DNA of 53,950 bases, filler included, from Bipalium vagum (taxonomy: Eukaryota): the NCBI GenBank assembly GCA_037834085.1. It is 3 parts of 3 records of this genome, joined end to end, with 100 filler letters (N's around TTAATTAATTAA, not from the genome) between each part and the next. Parts side by side here need not be neighbours in the genome. Positions count along the whole stretch, not along the records: positions 33,911 to 53,950 come from JBBMKC010261752.1; 2 more parts are not named here. One strand, given 5' to 3'. Positions 48,163 through 53,950 of this stretch are shown here, in pieces. The notes beneath the pieces are model-generated. The model saw nothing but the letters and a program-made list of their open reading frames with translations, searched no databases and had not been told where the DNA came from. Position 1 is the stretch's first letter, and every line of letters begins with the position of its first letter. The position numbers were made by a program, and so were the translations under genes.

Positions 48163-50191
48163 ATGCTGAGATTGGTAGTAAAAAAGGAAGAAGAACAAAA
48201 ATTAGAAGAAAAACCTAGAATGGGTTCACCAGCTGTGATTCGTTTACAAAAAGGTTTTATTTTTAATTATTCTTAAACTATATAATGGACTATATTCATT
48301 TAGATCTCGCTGATTTGGATCTTCCAGCAATGTGTACAATGGAGCATCCTAATCCCGATGATTTAAAAAATTTTAGAATTATTGTCAAGCCCGATTCAGT
48401 TAAGTGTATTTAAAAATTCTATTACCATATCAATGTAAATTATCAAACATGATTTCAATTTGTTATTAAAATCACTTTGAAATTTTACTTAAATATTATG
48501 GTTAAAAATAAAAAAGACAATTAACTCTCATTAAAAATTTGAATCAAATCTTTTATTGCTTGAATGTGTATGAGTTTGTAAGCATAATATTTCTGATAAA
48601 TTTTGTACTATTAACTGTCTAGTTTTCCTTACCATATGGAAAATGAATCCGACAAAATTGTCTAATTGGTTGTTTTTCGGTACTGTCAACACTTTTATAA
48701 TTTAACTGAAAAAGTTATTTAATATCTTTATTTGGCAAATTTTATTAAGCATTGCTCCAATAAATGTATCAGTCAAATGTTGATTGTCCTACCAAAATAC
48801 GCTCTTTAGGATAGAAAGATCTCGTCAATCAATTTTTAATTTTAGGAAATTCGCTTTAAATCGATCCCTCAGTCATTCTTATGTTATTTGTGTTCATTTA
48901 TGAAATATAGATATTTAAACCAAATTTTAAATAATGTAATTATTACCATTTATATTTTTAATATTTTTCTAATTCCTTTATAAGTTTAATTTTATTCATA
49001 ATATTTTGCACTTTTTAATTTTATTGAATTTTTGATCAATTATTATATTGACTGAAATTTTGAATAATTTTGTTAAAAATCGAGTTATTGATTCTTATGT
49101 TAAAGACAATTAGTGGATGATGTGATGGAAAATATAACATTTGATTAAAGAAATAATCTTTTTGTATCTCGTGGTCAAGGAATTAAACATTTTTGTCCAT
49201 TGTAATAATTGATGCACTTGAGATTTTAGTTGATAATATTGTTTTGAAGAAATTAAGGTAATTTAGGTGTAGGGGCCACAAAGATTTTTCTGGAAATGGA
49301 CTGATTTAATTATTAAATTTAGTTGATTTATTAATATTAAATTATTGATTTTTTAAAATTAATGGATCGATAAAATTATTTGATTGAAATTAGTTATTTT
49401 TATGATTTGGTCATCAATGCATAAGAATAAGAGAATAAGAATTTTTAACTAAATCGATAAATTCTAAATGAAACTTCCTGATAAAATAACTCGGTGGGAA
49501 AAGGACGAAATTTCTGAAATATGATAGGTTTAAAACTGTGTCGTTAGTAAAAAAATCGATATTTTCTTAAAATGTCTTCCGGATTTTGTCTAAAAACTTA
49601 ATCAAGAAAATGATGTGTGTTTGTGGAAAATCGTTGTTAAATTATTTTTTCCACACTTCGATCGGAGGTTAAGCATTGTCAATTCATTTTTTGTCATCGT
49701 GATTTGGTGATTAATCTTGTTTTCTCTAGGGATTTTACAGCGGCGGGAAATTTCTATTCACCTTTATTGTGACCGAGGAATATCCACATGAAGCGCCAAA
49801 AGTAAAATGTCAAAACAAGATCTACCATCCCAATATCGATCCCGAGGGAAATGTTTGTCTGAACATTTTGAGGTATCGATTTTTAGAGAAAAATGATTTC
49901 GGTCTTAGTAATTGCTTTCTGTGTGCTTAGACAAGAATGGAAACCAGTCTTGACCATCAATGCCGTGATCCACGGACTGATCTTCCTGTTTATGGTTGGT
50001 TTGTTGCGACCAAAAATCGATTAGTTTCCATTGACAAATGCATTTTTGTGTAGGAACCCAACCCCGAGGACCCTCTTAACAAGGATGCGGCCGCCGTGCT
50101 GCGCAAGGACATTCGTCAGTTTGAGCTTAATGTCAAACGAACCATGAAGGGAATGCCGCTCGACGGAATCAATTTCGATTATGTAATGTGA
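48163..50191 (+). CDS. UBE2M: NEDD8-conjugating enzyme Ubc12/UBE2M, 176 aa; exons 48163-48253, 48304-48398, 49730-49872, 49931-49994, 50054-50191
   Basis: Spliced frame MLRLVVKK...[13 protein letters not shown]...PDDLKNF...[64 protein letters not shown] motif and catalytic Cys present; all introns GT-AG and phase-consistent; absent from the ORF track. Confidence 0.95.
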
Positions 50192-51199
50192 TGTGTAACG
50201 ATGTGGAAAGGCAAATTTTGCTGTTTTTTATTAAAATATTTTTGATTTGACTCTTTTTTTTATTGATTATTATTTTAATAGTATGATATCGATAATTTTC
50301 AGTTTAAATCAATTGATTTATATTGATAAATACATTTAAGGGTTTAGTATAATTTGTTCGATTAATATCGATTTAATCGAATCATTAAATGTTAAGATAG
50401 TGTTACTCTTTAATTTAAATTAAAATTTTGCAATATTAAATTTGATCATTTCGATAAAAATTAATTAAATCGCCTTATAATTGGGAATTGGGCTACGAGT
50501 TAATGAAAAATGATAACGGAAATGAGAATGTTATTAAAATCAATTTATTGAGGCTAAAATTTTTTAAAGTTAATTTTATAATTAAAGGTTTTTAATATTA
50601 GAAAATTACATTTAAATGTTAGATAGATCAGAAAGAACTTTTAAGATGCTATATTGCCACATTGAACTACCAAGGACGAGAACCACTTGTTCCTATCTTT
50701 ATAGCAAAATATTCCGCGTCTCAAGACATTTATTTTATTTTACTAATAATAGTTATTCTACCATCTAGAAAATGCACACATGGTTATTTTCAATCACGGC
50801 AATAATTGTGATTTATCTTCAATGAATTCAACAGAAATATAAAACTGAAAACCTAGCAGTCACTGACAAGTAATATTTTGTAATGAATTTGAAAGCTTAA
50901 AAATACATTAATTCTCTTTTCAATTACGAACAGTTTTCTTTCAAATTATTGATAAACGGTAATGTGAATAACAATGAAATACAATAGATGAAACATATAA
51001 TGAAAGCTTTATAGAACTTTTTATTTCCAACAAAAACATTTAAATCTGAGTTTTTAAAGAAAAAGATGAATCTTAACGAATTATGAATTGTCAACTGAAT
51101 ATATTGCGATTGTCATTTTGGTTAATGATGGAATCATGAATATTCATCACTCAATCACATTATTATTATTGCTTTTACTTGAGTGAGAAATTGTACAAA

Positions 51200-52700
51200 T
51201 TGATAAAGTTGAAATATGTAGATGCTTTAGAAAATCAACTTTTAGTGTCTTAATTTTCTGGATTTTCTTTTTAAAAAGTTGTTTGCAAGCAATTTGCCTA
51301 CAGTTCTAAATTTCCTTTCGATTACATTGTTTTGTCCGGTGATGTAAGAACTGGAAAATACAATTTCCTTAATACCTATCAACATTTTTGCTGCCTTTGA
51401 GTCAAATCTTTTTCCATAATCTTCATAAATTTCTAGAGGAGCTTCAAACATAAAATTTCACGCATTCTGGATTGAACTTATTATTGTTCTTCATCTTGTA
51501 TTGGAATCATGATTAGTCTAATAAATCTACTGTGTCCATCAATAATGGTAAAAAAAATGTCCACTTATGTTTTCCTAAAAGGTATCAATTATAATTAGTT
51601 CAAACAGTTTTGATTCCGGAAATTTCATCATCGTCTCATTAGATTCAGCTTTCAATGTCTTCGATATTTTAAATTGATTTACTACTTCTTTTATATATTC
51701 CCACAATTTCTTATGTCAAAGTTTGGATTTTCAAATCTCACCTCTTTCTCCGTTCCAGTATGTGAAGGATTTTCGTGTACCTGTTCAAGAAAATCTTTAG
51801 ATTTCTCTTCTGGTGTTCATAATTTTCCATTTCGTCTTCCGATATTGAAAATTTTCCTTTTCTATTATTTTTGATGTTTTCTCTAAAGACGTAATAACTA
51901 CGTAAATATACCATTGATCTATAAAATTATCTTATTTTAATTCTAACGTATTAAGCGTAAAGTGTTCTTATTTTCTCAATTCTAGCATCTTCATACTGTA
52001 GTAAATACTGTGAGCACTGAATACAAGTTTTTTAAAAAATCATATCCACATTTCGATGTTTACTGTCCTTTCTGCATTCTGTTTATCTCCAAACTACTTA
52101 GAAAGTTAATTCAAATTTGGAATTGTGAAGTAATTGTCTTTTTTTTATTATCATAAAAGTTAATCTGCTTTTACGTTCACCTTGAAATTTCTTCGTGGTA
52201 GACAAGTTCTAAAATCATCAGTGCTTTTCTCATCACACTGATTCTTGATCACGTATACGGTATATTCCCAAGAGTTGGCCGTTTATTTTTGTTTTCACAC
52301 TGGGTCCCAGCTGTTTCAACATATTATTCTCCTAGATTCTCTTGGACCATTTTTTCAATACAGAATTCAAGATCTTTTTTTGTAATCTGGATTAGGTCGA
52401 AATAGCGGTTGTAGGATTTGATAATTTTTTCTAAATATTCTTCTTGTCAATAAACTTCGGGAATAAATTGATTTAAGATCTTTGTCACAATTGTTGTCAT
52501 TATTTGAGCTTCAATGGGACTTAGGTCTTTATTCTTTTGATTAAAAAAAGCTCCTGGTTTCTGTAGATTTCTGTCAGCAACGAGAACAGGAACGGGATTG
52601 AGATCCTCATTGATGATATCATTTTATTTTATATCTAAATTGTTATTATTTTTCTCTATCAAAATGTAACTTTAAGCTCCAATTTTCTTAACTCCTCACT
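51200..52700 (-). mobile_element. Heavily decayed Ty3/Gypsy-like pol remnant
   Basis: Minus strand HFFTIIDGHSRFI, APLEIYEDYGKRFDS and FSSSY..GQNNVIERKFRTV (integrase core); upstream RT/RNase H traces are weak. Confidence 0.6.
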
Positions 52701-53431
52701 TTACTGATAACATGTTCGTTAAATCTTAATTACTTCGAAAATCTATCCGCTGTTGAATCAAAATAATCTCAATAATTTTTATCTTTTTACCGTGAATCAA
52801 AAATAATCACAATACACTTTACTCCTAATGACTCTTAACAAATCAAAATATTCGCAGTAATCTTTATTTTAACACCGTGAATCATAAATAACAATAATAT
52901 CTTTCACCTTCAATTTCTTAAAATTACTCCAATTAATTTAAAAAATGATTTCTTCTAGGGAACTGAATATTACTTAACTTGGAAATTGCTATATTCTAAA
53001 CTTCTTTTCTTTAATTGTCAATCTTACACATCTGTTTTCCTCGGGCAATTTCTAAACGAAATTCTCACTTTATATATTAGTAGATGACCACAAATCTCTA
53101 CTTTTGGAAGGCTATTTCCTCTAGCCTAATAATTCCAAATTTATTTTTCTATTACCTCGATAAATCATTATTTTTATTTTAAAATTATTAATAATAATTA
53201 ATTATTATTATTATTATTATTAGTAGTAGTAGTAGTAGCATTATCCAATTGAACCAAACTTTTTATTAATCTAGTTTTCCCTTAGAATAGATTAAAATAA
53301 AATTTACTGAGATAAACAATTAGTGTAAAAATAAACCATAGCAAAATTAAACCAATATGTATTAGAATATTGAAAAACACACCAAAGATAAAAAGTTCCA
53401 AAAGTCCCATTATAAAAGTAAAAATAGTTTC

Positions 53432-53712
53432 CTAAGATTCAGTGAAGCCGAAAACGTCCTTTTGATAAAAGTGGATCTTGATTAATTCGATCAGCGTGCT
53501 CAATTCTTCTCGACAATCTTCAGCAGTGAACCTAAAAAATGTGTCTTTCATTTTGTGTTGAATACTGATTTCCTTGCTTACTTGTCGTTCGGATAATAGA
53601 TGATCTCTGAATAATATTTAATTTTTGGTTCCGTGCCACTGGCTCGAATCGTCACAGTAGAATTATTACTAAACGAGAAGGTTATCATCTCACTCGAAGA
53701 ATCCTTGGGTAT
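53432..53712 (-). CDS. PGM2: Phosphoglucomutase-2 (PGM2/PGM2L1-type), last two exons 53712-53582 and 53531-53432; rest lies beyond the window
   Basis: IPKDSSSEMITFSFSNNSTVTIRASGTEPKIKYYSEI...|KFTAEDCREELSTLIELIKIHFYQ..* matches the PGM2 SQMITFTFxNGxVATMRTSGTEPKIKYYAE C-terminus; 50-nt phase-2 intron gtaagc...ttttag. Confidence 0.9.
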
Positions 53713-53876
53713 CTGTAAACAAAAACGGCAGTCAATTTGAGAGCATAGATTATTTTATTATTCGTGACAAGAGAAAATTGTTCTCATAAATTTCGCATTT
53801 TGTAGAAAAAGTGGCCTAATGACCAGATATTTAACAGATTATTCATAGACTTAAGATAAATGATCATTTCATTGAA

Positions 53877-53878
<2 letters not shown>

Positions 53879-53950
<72 letters not shown>
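53879..53950. repeat. (AAT)n microsatellite running off the window end
   Basis: Direct run. Confidence 0.95.

Overview
Very AT-rich eukaryotic draft-assembly DNA with (AAT)n microsatellites and many ~50-110 nt GT-AG introns. It is most likely a triclad planarian or another flatworm (inference from composition, intron style and the innexin/mariner complement). Genes reconstructed by hand: a GOLGA3/golgin-160-like coiled-coil gene (- strand, one 3.1 kb exon plus two distal exons missed by the ORF track); a multi-exon gene of unknown name with an HR1-like exon and two WH2-like LRK motifs (-); a low-complexity orphan ORF (-); a complete 3-exon GPI-anchored Ly6/uPAR (quiver-like) gene (-); the 3' part of an innexin (+); a complete 5-exon NEDD8 E2 Ubc12/UBE2M (+); and the last two exons of a PGM2-type phosphoglucomutase (-). 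Intergenic and intronic DNA is full of decayed transposons: several mariner, Tc1 and pogo/Tigger copies, a TIR-intact internally deleted IS630-Tc1-type element, several Ty3/Gypsy pol fragments, and probable Helitron and Penelope relics. Two 100-nt gaps carry an artificial TTAATTAATTAA linker. I see no clear-cut new multi-gene system. The best novelty candidate is the HR1-like + WH2-like gene. All protein family calls come from remembered motifs, not database searches.
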